Origin: Lachnospiraceae bacterium
GTDB taxonomy: Bacteria; Bacillota; Clostridia; Lachnospirales; Lachnospiraceae
Direction: 5' to 3'
Assembly (NCBI GenBank): GCA_017479935.1
Contig: JAFVBO010000124.1
Location: 2,922-66,921, forward strand
Length of the DNA stretch: 64,000 nucleotides
Part shown: one piece after another, positions 14,295 through 24,266 of the stretch
Numbering within the stretch: position 1 is the stretch's first letter
Layout: each line of letters opens with the position of its first letter
The notes under the pieces: model-generated
Databases searched by the model: none
Seen by the model: only the letters and a program-made list of their open reading frames with translations
What the model was told of the DNA's origin: nothing
Program-made: the position numbers and the translations under genes

Positions 14295-15020
14295 TTAAAA
14301 CGACCAGGGCAAATATGCCGCGATGACCGCCAGTACAAGCGACGGAAGCATGTTCGCTACACGGAGCGTCTTCCCCCAGACAAGGTTTAGCCCAACACAG
14401 AAAATCAATATGGACCCGATAAGGGAAAGGTACGCGATCGCACTCTCTGTCATGATCGGGGCGACAAGTCTGGCAAGCACGGTGATCATGCCTTCAATGG
14501 CAAAAACCGGGATGGCAGAAAACGCGCAGCCTTTTCCGAGGGAGGAAGTCATGACAGCGATGATGATAAAGTCCAACACCGATTTGACGGCCAACGTTGA
14601 ATAGTCGCCCATGATTCCGTCCTGGATCGCTCCTACAATGGTCATCGCGCCGATGCACACGGTCAGTGAAGCGGTGACAAAGGCACCCACAAATTGCTTA
14701 TCGCCGCCATTTCCCGTCTTCATTTTCAGCCATTCTCCGAAGCGTTCAAATCCATCTTCGATCCCGATCAGTTCCCCCACAATCGTGCCGATCGCAATAC
14801 ATAGCACGACCAACATGGATTTGCCGCTGACAAGCGCATCGCCGTCAATCTTCATCATTCCCTGCATCGCACCGGCTATCGCAATAAATAGAACGCTGAT
14901 ACCACACGCTTTATTGATCGCTGTCTGTTGATCCTGCCTGAACAGTTTCCCCGTAAAATGGCCAATGACCCCTCCGAGGACAATGGCGACTGTGTTTATG
15001 ATTGTTCCTAAACCTATCAT
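14295..15020 (-). CDS. DUF554 family membrane protein
   Basis: AGGAG RBS plus ATG at 15020. 'MIGLGTIINTVAIVLGGVIG' is a typical DUF554 (YdfK/YqgA-like) N-terminus, and the protein is polytopic. Confidence 0.75.
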   Translation of the reverse strand: MIGLGTIINTVAIVLGGVIGHFTGKLFRQDQQTAINKACGISVLFIAIAGAMQGMMKIDGDALVSGKSMLVVLCIAIGTIVGELIGIEDGFERFGEWLKMKTGNGGDKQFVGAFVTASLTVCIGAMTIVGAIQDGIMGDYSTLAVKSVLDFIIIAVMTSSLGKGCAFSAIPVFAIEGMITVLARLVAPIMTESAIAYLSLIGSILIFCVGLNLVWGKTLRVANMLPSLVLAVIAAYLPWSF

Positions 15021-15107
15021 GTTGCTCCTATACAATTTTATATTTTTTAGAGCCAGACGTTTTATCCGTTTCAACACTATGGTTGATGTCTATATTTTCT
15101 GATGTAT

Positions 15108-15620
15108 CTATTTTAACACTGGGTTTCCCACCCCATATAAAGGGTGCTCTGTGCCTGATGGTTTCACTTGAAATTTCAGTTGACCCACACCAGTAATATC
15201 AAGCGAAACATGCTTTGGTGCCATATCGGGAGCTAATTCTATTTCTTCTTTCAGCACTCCGTCATAAAATACTTGAAGAGCGTTTTTCTCACCTACATCA
15301 GTCCCATCAACATGACAAACTGTAAATTCTAATTTTTTGTATTCACTGTTTAAATAGTACACAGCCCAACACAAATCGGCAAACACATTTACGTCGGCAT
15401 CAAATGTCATGCCGTTATAATACTTTTCCCCTCCCATAGTGAAATAGCTACTATATCCGCTATTTATTGCTGAGTACTCTGTATAAGGGTTTCCTCCGCT
15501 TTGGTAGGCAGGGAAGACATCCGTTAAATACGTTTTTGTATCACCGCTTTTATTGGAATTACTATCTACCGTCTCTGAGAAATATACTATAGGATCCCCC
15601 CAGTCCATATAACGGATCAA
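15108..15620 (-). CDS. NPCBM-like domain protein (3' half of a frameshifted two-domain gene)
   Basis: 'DVFPAYQSGGNPYTEYSAI.SGYS..FTM.G.KYYNGMTF.ADVNVF...CWAVYYLN...LEFT.CHVDGTD.GE.N.LQVFYDGVLKEEIE' is a paralog of the C-terminal domain of 15562..16464. It has only an alternative (TTG) start inside the upstream ORF. Confidence 0.55.
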   Translation of the reverse strand: MIRYMDWGDPIVYFSETVDSNSNKSGDTKTYLTDVFPAYQSGGNPYTEYSAINSGYSSYFTMGGEKYYNGMTFDADVNVFADLCWAVYYLNSEYKKLEFTVCHVDGTDVGEKNALQVFYDGVLKEEIELAPDMAPKHVSLDITGVGQLKFQVKPSGTEHPLYGVGNPVLK

Positions 15621-16464
15621 ACGTGCCAGAAGGTCTCACCTGAAATTTAAGCTGTGTAACACCGATCACATCAAGCGTAACATGCTTCGGTGCCATATCA
15701 GCAGACATTTCAATTTCTTCTTTCAATACTCCATCATAAAACACCTGAAGGACATTATTTTCACCCGCATCAGTCCCGTCAACATGGCAAAGCGTAAATT
15801 CTATTTTTCTACAATTGCGATTTAAGTAGTATACTGCCCAGCATGTATCAGTAAATACATTCACGTCAGCACTAAACGTCATGCCATTGTAATACTTTTT
15901 TCCTGCCATTGTGAAAAAGTTGCTATACCCACTTTTAATTGCTGAGTATTCTGTGTAAGGATTCCCACCGCTTTGATAAGCCGGGAATACATCCGTCATA
16001 TTATATGGCATCGTAAAATCAATTTTTGTTTCTGCTTCAGTCTCATTGTATATTTGTGTGTCTGTTTCTCTTTGATTATCATCCGACGGTGCATCTGATT
16101 TTTCATCAGAAGCGGTCGACATGGAAGAACCAGAACTTGTATCTGGAACTTGCGAGTTGCATGACTGTATCACAGAAGGAATCCCGCCAAACACAGCGCA
16201 CCCAAGAATAAATGCGCCTAAAAGAGGAATCCACGGAATGGATGTCTTATGTTCATCTCTCTCATCCGTAATTTCTTTGCCTATTGAGGTTTGTGTATTT
16301 CCTTCATACTCATCTGTCTTATCCTTAGCCTTTTGAGATAACAAATAAGACGCGATCACCGGAATGAGTGCAAAAATAAAGCCTCCTAAAAACGTATGCG
16401 GTCCCAAAAAATTGTTCAAGTAATCCAGTAGTTCCTTCATAAATGTCTCCTTTTGATACTCCAC
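15562..16464 (-). CDS. membrane-anchored NPCBM-like domain protein (5' part)
   Basis: 300 aa with two TM segments, a Ser/Asp-rich linker and one NPCBM-like domain. It ends 13 codons after a G6 run (plus-strand C6 at 15596-15601). Confidence 0.65.
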   Translation of the reverse strand: MEYQKETFMKELLDYLNNFLGPHTFLGGFIFALIPVIASYLLSQKAKDKTDEYEGNTQTSIGKEITDERDEHKTSIPWIPLLGAFILGCAVFGGIPSVIQSCNSQVPDTSSGSSMSTASDEKSDAPSDDNQRETDTQIYNETEAETKIDFTMPYNMTDVFPAYQSGGNPYTEYSAIKSGYSNFFTMAGKKYYNGMTFSADVNVFTDTCWAVYYLNRNCRKIEFTLCHVDGTDAGENNVLQVFYDGVLKEEIEMSADMAPKHVTLDVIGVTQLKFQVRPSGTFDPLYGLGGSYSIFLRDGR

Positions 16465-16768
16465 CTTTAGGTGTTCTCATTCTTTTAATGGTATTCTCAT
16501 GGAAGTGGAATGGAGAATATTTTCCCGTATTTATTAAGTATACTGTCAGGAAAAGAGCTTGTCAATGCCACCGCTATAGGAAATCATACATCCCAAGATC
16601 TAGAATTCTCCTCCCTTTCCCCTCACCGCCACGCCAGTTCCGCAGAATGCGATTGATTCTCCAGTAAAACGCAAAAGAGCCTGGATCCTAATACCTGTGA
16701 TCCAGACTCTTTGATTATTCACCTAAGCAATAGAAAAGCAGCTCAAATGACTGATATCCTACAAACCG

Positions 16769-18397
16769 TCAGATTTCTCCTGTTGCTGCCTGACGACCGC
16801 AGGAACGGCCAAAGGTAATCGCCGTGCCATGGGACGTAGCTACCACAGGCGCCACCGGGTACTGGCAGGCATATCGTCCACCGGCAACATTCCCGCAGGC
16901 CCACAGGTGAGGAATAGGATCATAATTCTCATCCAGCACTTTCAGGTTTTCGTCTACTACAACACCGGCGGTCATAACGCCTGTTCCAATCATGCTGCGG
17001 GTGGCAAAGAACGGCGGTGTTTCAATGGGGTACATACGGTCCATGCGCTTGCCGAAGTCCTCATCCTTTCCGCTGTGACACAATTCGTTATACCGCTTGA
17101 CGCTTGCAACCGCGGTATCCACAGGCAACCCCATAATCTCGAACAATTCCTCCAACGTGTTAGCACCTGCCAGAGACTGGGTCGGCTTTTCGACTGCCTT
17201 ATCAAAATTGGCCTGCATCTTTTCGAAATCAAGCTGAGGCGGGAACGGCATGCCATGGCTGATCGCCTGATGGTAAAGCATATCCTTCCAGTTGCTGTCG
17301 AAGACCTGGATGCCAACCCGGCCCGGCTGACGGCCAATCTGGTTTGTAAAGCTCTGACCATCACAGTCCTCGTTCATGTAACGCTTACCTTTCAGGTTCA
17401 GGTTCAGCGTAGCGGAATTCTTCACACCACGCATGCCGGCAAAGCTGTGATCCATGTGAGCATGAGGACCCGGTTCCATCATTGCACCGGCCCAGATAGC
17501 CATGCGATGTCCATAACCGGTGGACGTCTGGATATTATGTCCCTTGCCGCCGCAGTTCATATAGAATTCCGGACACAAAGCCTTAACCATCTCGACATTG
17601 TACCCGTAGTCACCGGTTGCCAGAATGACACCATTTTCTGCCATAACCTTCACCAGGGTGCCATCTTCTTTTTCCGCGTACACGCCTGTAATTACGCCAT
17701 CCTCCTTAATCAGCTTCTTGGCGGTCGTGTTAAAATGATATTCCGCTCCTTGCTCAACCGATTTTTCATACTGTTTGGTGATAGGCGCTACCCAATCTAC
17801 AAATTCGATACCAGTGCAGTACTGCTTTCGGAGTTCCGTGGAATTGTCATAGGCCTCCGGATTCGGCCAGAATTCCAGGAAATGCGTATCGCTTTCATCC
17901 AGTATGGATTCAAACCAATCAAAGGCGTCACCACTCTCATCCGCCCACTTCTTCCAGAGAAGTGCGTTCACACGGTTCCCCATGCTCACACAGATCTCGT
18001 TCACTACTTCCTGCGGGTCATACTCACAACCCAGTTTTTTCTGGAAAGTAGAATTCAGGCAGCCAAAGGTGTGACCGCGCATAGTGATGCTGTCAGTAGC
18101 TTCCAGGACACACACGCCTTCTTTCATGGTTTCCGTGGCAGAACGGGCAGCGGAAATGCCAGCTACACCTGCGCCAATGATGACCACTTTGACATTCCAG
18201 GTTTCACCAACCATATCATCCGTGATATCAGGTGCTTTTCCAAGCCAGGCAGGAACTTCCTCTGCTTCTTCCGGCGTCTTTTCTCCTTCTGCAAGGGCTA
18301 CTCCACCACCTGTACCTACCATGCTGACCGCACCAAGCGCTGCCGTTCCTTTTAAAAATGTACGCCGGGAAATACCACTGTTTGCCAGTTTCTTCAT
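16769..18397 (-). CDS. Tat-exported FAD-dependent oxidoreductase (fumarate reductase/flavocytochrome flavoprotein-like)
   Basis: Twin-arginine signal 'ISRRTFLKGTAALGA', dinucleotide-binding 'VVIIGAGVAGISAA', and a FAD_binding_2-type C-terminus 'LWACGNVAGG'. Confidence 0.8.
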   Translation of the reverse strand: MKKLANSGISRRTFLKGTAALGAVSMVGTGGGVALAEGEKTPEEAEEVPAWLGKAPDITDDMVGETWNVKVVIIGAGVAGISAARSATETMKEGVCVLEATDSITMRGHTFGCLNSTFQKKLGCEYDPQEVVNEICVSMGNRVNALLWKKWADESGDAFDWFESILDESDTHFLEFWPNPEAYDNSTELRKQYCTGIEFVDWVAPITKQYEKSVEQGAEYHFNTTAKKLIKEDGVITGVYAEKEDGTLVKVMAENGVILATGDYGYNVEMVKALCPEFYMNCGGKGHNIQTSTGYGHRMAIWAGAMMEPGPHAHMDHSFAGMRGVKNSATLNLNLKGKRYMNEDCDGQSFTNQIGRQPGRVGIQVFDSNWKDMLYHQAISHGMPFPPQLDFEKMQANFDKAVEKPTQSLAGANTLEELFEIMGLPVDTAVASVKRYNELCHSGKDEDFGKRMDRMYPIETPPFFATRSMIGTGVMTAGVVVDENLKVLDENYDPIPHLWACGNVAGGRYACQYPVAPVVATSHGTAITFGRSCGRQAATGEI

Positions 18398-18749
18398 CTG
18401 TTATATCCCCCTTTCTTATTGCAACCCTTTTCGATTAAAAATGGATTGCCTCTTCACGCTTTCCACGATGAAGGATGCTTTGATTATAATCCAAATCATT
18501 GTGCATGTCCACTATTGAAATCATCTTTTTTCGAGTTTTTTTGTCTATATATCCTTATGTGGTTTTATTTTGAAATATATCTTTCTACACTTATCTCCAG
18601 TTTTCACGCAATTATTTTGTCTAAGAAATCCTTGCTAAAAAACAGCGCTCCGGAGACTCATATGTCCCCAGAGCACTGTCATCTTTATGTGATCTTCACA
18701 ATCTAATCCATTTAACTCCATGCGCTACTGCTCTTCGGAGAAAAACTCT

Positions 18750-19343
18750 TTACTCCGCCCCGGAATATCCATACAGAACCGGCACCTCCCACGCCTCTCC
18801 CGGCACCACATTTGCCCTGTACACCGCACAGTTGCCAATGTATTTCGACCAGTAGCTGCCGTGGGAGTCCGGCGTCAGGTACTCTAATGCCCCTTTCATG
18901 GCAATGGCGTGCGTGGAAATCAGGATGTTCCCGCGCTCGGCCTCCGGGCGTACTTCCTGAAGAAATGCGCCGAGCCTTGCGACGATATCCTGCAACGGCT
19001 CCATTCCTTCCGGTGCGGAGTTGTGAACAAAATCCTGGAAAAACTCAAGCACCTCCGGCGCGGGATTGTTCAGGTCCATTCCCTCATACGGGCCATAATC
19101 CATCTCGATCAGCCGATCATCGACCACCAGCGGCACATCTTCCGCGATCATTTCCGCGGTCATAATAGCACGGATCAGCGGGCTTGTATAGACTTTATCA
19201 AAGTGAATTCCTTCCGCCGCAAACCTGTCCCGCACCTCGATTGCCTGCTGACGGCCGGTGTCGTTTAACGGAATGTCGCTTCTGCCCTGCAGAACGTGGG
19301 CTTTGTTTTTCGCTGTTTCTCCGTGGCGAATGATATAAAGCAT
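18750..19343 (-). CDS. histidine phosphatase family protein (phosphoglycerate mutase-like)
   Basis: N-terminal 'LYIIRHGET..N......G..D.PL...G..QA' RHG motif. Confidence 0.85.
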   Translation of the reverse strand: MLYIIRHGETAKNKAHVLQGRSDIPLNDTGRQQAIEVRDRFAAEGIHFDKVYTSPLIRAIMTAEMIAEDVPLVVDDRLIEMDYGPYEGMDLNNPAPEVLEFFQDFVHNSAPEGMEPLQDIVARLGAFLQEVRPEAERGNILISTHAIAMKGALEYLTPDSHGSYWSKYIGNCAVYRANVVPGEAWEVPVLYGYSGAE

Positions 19344-19360
19344 GGTATCTTCTCCTACTA

Positions 19361-19798
19361 TAAAATGGGCTTGCTTACGCTCACCGGATCGAGTATGATC
19401 TCATCGCGTGGGATTATGCCGGCCGCCTGGAAAAGATTGCGAGTCGGCTCGGAAGTGATCACTATGTATGGCGCCAGGCGCTTTTAGACGTTCTCATTTT
19501 CTATCAGAACGATAAAGAGTATCTGGCTAACCTTCTCCGGCACACAAGCGGCCACGATTCCTTTATCCAGTACATGACAGACATAAATATAGCGGCCCTG
19601 ACCGCCCACATCCGGGACGTATCAGGTGCCGCTGCATTCGATCAGAAAATGGAGCTTTTGATCCGATTTTACTGCATAGCTACAGTAAACTTAAGCTGTG
19701 AATGGATCTTGGGAAAGGTCGACATAAACGCAGAGGAACTCGCGCATATTTTTGAGGATGCTCTGCCCCTCCCGCTCAGGCCTTTGCTCCTGCCCTGA
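19361..19798 (+). pseudogene. TetR-family regulator remnant (C-terminal ligand domain only)
   Basis: The open frame runs from the stop at 19358-19360 to 19798 and has no start codon before Met 19574. '...DVLIFYQNDKEYLANLL...ELLIRFYCIATVNLSCEWILGK' looks like a TetR_C (DhaS/DhaR-type) domain. The N-terminal HTH is absent. Confidence 0.45.
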
Positions 19799-19812
19799 TG
19801 CCGCGACCAGGA

Positions 19813-19974
19813 TCAGTTGTCGCGTCTGTTCTCTTTGGATACCCAGAAGTGCCACTTCGGTGCCTTCGGCATGGGCTCATGATTGATCAGCGCCTTGATC
19901 ACTCTGCGGTGGGTGAAAAGGCAGCAGGCAATGAGAACTACCACAATGATTAATGCTATTGTACCAGGATTCAT
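19813..19974 (-). CDS. possible 53-aa single-TM protein
   Basis: GAGGTG RBS plus ATG. It translates to MNPGTIALIIVVVLIACCLFTHRRVIKALINHEPMPKAPKWHFWVSKENRRDN. It lies 16 nt downstream of the YegP-like gene on the same strand. It is below the ORF-track cutoff. Confidence 0.45.
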   Translation of the reverse strand: MNPGTIALIIVVVLIACCLFTHRRVIKALINHEPMPKAPKWHFWVSKENRRDN

Positions 19975-19990
19975 GTTTGTATCACCTCTT

Positions 19991-20476
19991 CTATTCGGTC
20001 ATAGCCTTGACAGGCCCTTTGCCGCCTTTAGGCGCATCCGCAGCATCTGCAGCATCTGCCACTTCTCCTTTTTTAGCAGCAGCCGCCGGCTTTTCTACCT
20101 TTGCCAGGAGGCTTACGATCGTCGCTTCCGGGGCGTTGTTCTTGACGGATTCAACGCCGCCAATGCAGCTCTTCATCGTCGTGTACGCCTGGCTGACCGC
20201 AACAATCTGGCCGTTTTTCGCTTTCAGGCGGAAGCGGAACTTCTCGGCGCTGTCCTGATAAATCTCAAACTTCGGATGCGTCAGAACCTCATAGCCTTCG
20301 ACCGTCTGATCCTCAACACCTGCCGTTGCAGCGATATTCCGAACAGACGCGATTCCTTCGCGACACGTCTTTTCACTCTTATAAATCTGAGAGGAGCAAA
20401 TAACCTGTCCGTTCGTCGCCAGTAAGTCAAACTTAGGCCCTGTCTTTGCATCCTTGATTACAAATTTTCCCATCAT
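19991..20476 (-). CDS. YegP (DUF1508) family protein, two repeats
   Basis: 'KF.L.A.NGQVI..SQ.Y.S...C..GI.SV' occurs twice, followed by an Ala/Lys-rich tail. Confidence 0.8.
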   Translation of the reverse strand: MMGKFVIKDAKTGPKFDLLATNGQVICSSQIYKSEKTCREGIASVRNIAATAGVEDQTVEGYEVLTHPKFEIYQDSAEKFRFRLKAKNGQIVAVSQAYTTMKSCIGGVESVKNNAPEATIVSLLAKVEKPAAAAKKGEVADAADAADAPKGGKGPVKAMTE

Positions 20477-20666
20477 ACACCTCCTGCTGTTTTATTTTGT
20501 GAGGAATCGCAATACCTCTGTCAATATAGTATAGTTCCTATGAGTCTCCGTCAAGAGATATTTTTGCAAAATGGTCCACACGCAAACAGGATTTGCGTAT
20601 TTAAGATGATGTAGATTGCACATGGCAGGGACGCTGTTATACCAGTTCGTGTATATCTCTTCTGAG

Positions 20667-20783
20667 GTGACAGGGGACGGGCCTGTGTCACATTGAAAAT
20701 GTGACACAGGCCCGTCCCCTGTCACCTCCCAGGCCCATCCTCTGTCACCTTCGAAATTGTGACATAGGCCCGTCCCCTGTCAC
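20667..20783. repeat. palindromic repeat cluster A (inverted pair + 1.5 further units)
   Basis: GTGACAGGGGACGGGCCTGTGTCAC (20667-20691) and its reverse complement (20701-25) form a stem of about 28 bp. A half unit at 20730-50 and a further unit at 20756-83 follow. The cluster ends 8 nt from the Rrf2 stop codon. Confidence 0.9.
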
Positions 20784-20790
20784 CTTTCCG

Positions 20791-21195
20791 TCACCCCTTC
20801 TTCAGCAAATCAACCAGCCGCTTTCCATAGAAGAAATCATGCGTCAGCTTGTTATATTCAGCCCAGAGCGGCAGGGTCTCGCAGGCCGCTGCTCTGGGGC
20901 AGGGGGCCGCCCCGTTCTCCAGGCAGGCGACCGTTGCCATCGTCCCTTCCATCAGCTCGATTATTTCTCCCACCGAATAGTCCTCCGGTTTCCGGCAGAG
21001 TTTGTAGCCGCCGCCTTTGCCGCTGGCACCGACAAGCAGTCCGCCGGCGACCATGTCTTTTACAATGATCTCCAGATATTTTTTGGAAATCTCCTGCCTG
21101 GCGGCAATATCCTTCAGCGGAATATAGCTGCCGGTATCGTTCTCGGCCAGATCGATCATGACGCGGATCGCATATCGTCCTCTCGTAGAAATCAT
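20791..21195 (-). CDS. Rrf2 family transcriptional regulator (IscR/CymR-like)
   Basis: AAGGAG RBS plus ATG at 21195. 'MISTRGRYAIRVMIDLA' is an Rrf2 HTH, and the protein carries a C-terminal Cys cluster (C..C....C). Confidence 0.85.
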   Translation of the reverse strand: MISTRGRYAIRVMIDLAENDTGSYIPLKDIAARQEISKKYLEIIVKDMVAGGLLVGASGKGGGYKLCRKPEDYSVGEIIELMEGTMATVACLENGAAPCPRAAACETLPLWAEYNKLTHDFFYGKRLVDLLKKG

Positions 21196-21370
21196 AGGAA
21201 ACTCCTTTCCTGGCATACGCCGTATCTGTTCAGGCGCCGCGCAGTTATATTGGTCCTATTATACAGTAGGCGAGTAGGCAAATCAAGAGTTTATTTTTCA
21301 ATTACCTATTGACATAGTATGCGAATGGGATTATAATGGGCCCACCAAACAGAGAAAGGAGCTTAACGCT

Positions 21371-22555
21371 TTGATATACGCGGATAACGCCGCAACTACA
21401 AAGATGAGCGATAAAGCCATACAGACGATGGCCTGTCTGCTTCAGGAAGCGTGGGGCAACCCGTCCAGCCTGTATGTACACGGGCAAAAAGCAAAGGAAG
21501 TCCTTGAACAGGCGCGGGAAGATATTGCTTCCGTCATCGGGGCGTCCGCTCAGGAAATTCTTTTTACCTCCGGTGGCAGCGAAGCCGATAACCAGGCGCT
21601 CCGGACAGCGGCAGAACTCGGGAAAAAGAAGGGAAAACGGCATATCATCTCCACGACTTTTGAGCATCATGCCATATTACATACACTGGAAACTTTAAAA
21701 AAGGATGGATTTGACATCACGCTTCTGGATGTTCACGAAAACGGCATCGTAATCCCTGCCGAGGTGGAAGCGGCCATCCGCGAGGACACCTGTCTGGTAA
21801 GCATCATGTATGCCAACAATGAGATCGGAACGATCCAGCCGATCCGGGAGATCGGGGCGATCTGTCGCCGGAAGGGCGTGCTGTTCCATGTCGATGCGGT
21901 GCAGGCCGTGGGTCATATCCCGGTCAACGTCGTGGATGACAACATCGACATGCTCTCCTCTTCCGCGCACAAGTTCCACGGCCCGAAGGGCGTCGGTTTC
22001 CTGTATGCGAAAAAAGGCATCCGCCTTACCAATCTGATCGAGGGCGGCGCGCAGGAGCACGGAAAGCGGACCGGTACAGAGAATGTGCCGGGGATCGCGG
22101 CCATGGCGGAAGCCTTAAAGGAAGCGGACGCGAACATGGCTGCCTATGCGGAACATCTCATAAAAATGAGAAACCGTCTCATCCAGGGCCTACAGGAAAT
22201 CCCGCATTCCGCCTTAAACGGCGACGCCACGCAGCGGCTTCCCGGCAATGTGAACTTCTGCTTTGAGGGGATCGAAGGCGAATCCCTGCTGCTGCTTTTG
22301 GATGACAAGGGCATCTGTGCCTCTTCGGGTTCTGCGTGTACCTCCGGTTCGCTCGATCCGAGTCATGTTCTGCTCGCCATTGGCCGAATTCACGATGTAG
22401 CCCACGGTTCCCTTCGCTTAAGTATCGGGGAGGATATCACCGAAGAGGAAGTGGATTACATCATTCAGTCGACCAAGGAGGTTGTCGCATATCTGCGCAG
22501 TTTCTCCCCGGTCTGGCGCGATCTGATGGCAGGCAAGAAGGAATTTATTCTATAA
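21371..22555 (+). CDS. nifS: cysteine desulfurase (NifS/IscS class)
   Basis: 'IYADNAATT', a 'SSAHKFHGPKG' PLP-lysine motif and a 'SSGSACTS' active-site Cys loop. The start is TTG. Confidence 0.9.
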   Translation: MIYADNAATTKMSDKAIQTMACLLQEAWGNPSSLYVHGQKAKEVLEQAREDIASVIGASAQEILFTSGGSEADNQALRTAAELGKKKGKRHIISTTFEHHAILHTLETLKKDGFDITLLDVHENGIVIPAEVEAAIREDTCLVSIMYANNEIGTIQPIREIGAICRRKGVLFHVDAVQAVGHIPVNVVDDNIDMLSSSAHKFHGPKGVGFLYAKKGIRLTNLIEGGAQEHGKRTGTENVPGIAAMAEALKEADANMAAYAEHLIKMRNRLIQGLQEIPHSALNGDATQRLPGNVNFCFEGIEGESLLLLLDDKGICASSGSACTSGSLDPSHVLLAIGRIHDVAHGSLRLSIGEDITEEEVDYIIQSTKEVVAYLRSFSPVWRDLMAGKKEFIL

Positions 22556-22569
22556 GGGGGGGTTAGGTC

Positions 22570-22965
22570 ATGGCTTTATACAGTGAAAAGGTGATGGATC
22601 ATTTCCGCAATCCTCGCAATGTCGGCGTAATTGACAACGCAGACGGTGTCGGTGAGGTCGGAAATGCCAAGTGCGGCGACATCATGAAGATGTACCTGAA
22701 AATTGATGACGACGTGGTGAGCGACGTGAAATTTGAAACGTTCGGCTGCGGCAGCGCCATCGCGTCCAGCTCCATGGCGACGGAGCTGATCAAGGGCAAG
22801 CCCCTTTCCGAAGTGAAACAACTGACAAACAAGGCGGTTTCGGAGGCGCTTGACGGCCTGCCCGCTTACAAAATGCATTGCAGCGTCCTCGCAGAGGAAG
22901 CCATTCATTCAGCTTTAGACGACTATTACAGCAAACATCCGGAGAAGAAACCAGAGGAGGAATAA
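22570..22965 (+). CDS. nifU: Fe-S cluster assembly scaffold (NifU N-terminal/IscU type)
   Basis: 'YSEKVMDHFRNPRNVG...GNAKCGD.M......FETFGCGSAIASSS'. Confidence 0.9.
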   Translation: MALYSEKVMDHFRNPRNVGVIDNADGVGEVGNAKCGDIMKMYLKIDDDVVSDVKFETFGCGSAIASSSMATELIKGKPLSEVKQLTNKAVSEALDGLPAYKMHCSVLAEEAIHSALDDYYSKHPEKKPEEE

Positions 22966-22970
22966 GACTT

Positions 22971-24260
22971 ATGGCAAACTATCAGTTCGAAACATTACAG
23001 CTTCATGTAGGACAGGAAAATCCCGACCCGGCCAGCGATGCGCGTGCGGTGCCGATTTACGCGACCACCAGCTATGTGTTCCACAATTCCGAGCACGCGG
23101 CGGCCCGCTTTGGCCTTGCCGACCCCGGCAACATCTATGGGCGACTGACGAACTCCACGCAGGGCGTGTTTGAAACGCGAATCGCAGCCTTGGAGGGCGG
23201 CGTCGCAGGGCTTGCCGTGGCCTCCGGTGCCGCGGCGATCACCTACACCATCCAGGCGCTGGCCGCCAAGGGCGAGCACATCGTCAGCCAGAAGACGGTT
23301 TACGGCGGTTCCGCGAACCTGTTGGCGCACACCCTGCCTCTGTACGGGATCGACACGACCTTTGTCGATATTCATAAACTCGACGAGGTGGAGGCAGCCA
23401 TTTTACCTAACACGAAAGCGATCTATATTGAAACGCTCGGCAACCCGAACAGCGATATTCCCGACATCGAAGCGGTCGCTGCCATCGCGCACGCGCACGG
23501 CATTCCGCTGGTCATCGACAACACCTTCGGAACGCCTTACCTCATCCGTCCGCTGGAGCACGGGGCAGATATCGTCGTCCACAGCGCCACCAAATTTATC
23601 GGTGGCCACGGTACAACCCTGGGCGGTGTGATCGTCGACGGCGGATCGTTCGACTGGGCGGCCTCCGGCAGATATCCCTGGATCAGCGAGAAAAATCCCA
23701 GCTACCACGGGGTGAAGTTCACGGAGGCGGCGGGCAAGGCCGCGTTTGCCACCTACATTCGCGCCATCCTGCTGCGCGACACCGGCGCCTGCATCTCTCC
23801 TTTTGCCGCGTTCCTGTTGCTGCAGGGCACGGAAACGCTGTCCTTAAGGATTGAGCGTCACGCGGAGAATACCAAGAAGGTGGTCGACTATCTGGCCAAT
23901 CACCCGCTGGTGGAAAAGGTCAACCACCCGTCTCTGCCTGACCATCCCGATCACGCGCTCTACGAGAAGTATTTCCCGAACGGCGGCGCATCGATCTTCA
24001 CCTTCGACATCAAGGGCGGGCAGAAGGAAGCGTTCGCTTTCATCGACGGCCTGGAGCTGTTCTCTCTGCTGGCGAACGTTGCCGATGTCAAGAGCCTCGT
24101 CATTCACCCGGCAACGACCACGCATTCCCAGCTCACCACCGAGGAGCTGGAGGCATCGGATATTCACCCGAACACCATCCGCCTCTCCATTGGCACAGAG
24201 CATATCGATGACATCATTGCGGATCTGGAGAAGGGATTTACGGCTGTTGGCAAGGGCTGA
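22971..24260 (+). CDS. metY: O-acetylhomoserine/O-acetylserine sulfhydrylase (MetY-type, PLP-dependent)
   Basis: ATG at 22971 after GGAGG. 'FETLQLHVGQE.PDP...ARAVPIY.TTSYVF' and 'HSATKFIGGHG' (PLP Lys). Confidence 0.85.
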   Translation: MANYQFETLQLHVGQENPDPASDARAVPIYATTSYVFHNSEHAAARFGLADPGNIYGRLTNSTQGVFETRIAALEGGVAGLAVASGAAAITYTIQALAAKGEHIVSQKTVYGGSANLLAHTLPLYGIDTTFVDIHKLDEVEAAILPNTKAIYIETLGNPNSDIPDIEAVAAIAHAHGIPLVIDNTFGTPYLIRPLEHGADIVVHSATKFIGGHGTTLGGVIVDGGSFDWAASGRYPWISEKNPSYHGVKFTEAAGKAAFATYIRAILLRDTGACISPFAAFLLLQGTETLSLRIERHAENTKKVVDYLANHPLVEKVNHPSLPDHPDHALYEKYFPNGGASIFTFDIKGGQKEAFAFIDGLELFSLLANVADVKSLVIHPATTTHSQLTTEELEASDIHPNTIRLSIGTEHIDDIIADLEKGFTAVGKG

Positions 24261-24266
24261 TGAAAA

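Noticed and set aside
16829-18355. Long antisense ORFs opposite real genes. Examples are 16829..18355 (508 aa), 8194..9234, 11098..12153, 59765..60826, 61471..62340, 5072..5782 and 7361..7933.
   Set aside because: Their products are Arg/His/Leu-rich low-complexity sequences with no motifs. Each is fully shadowed by a minus-strand gene with strong family signatures, an RBS and operon context.
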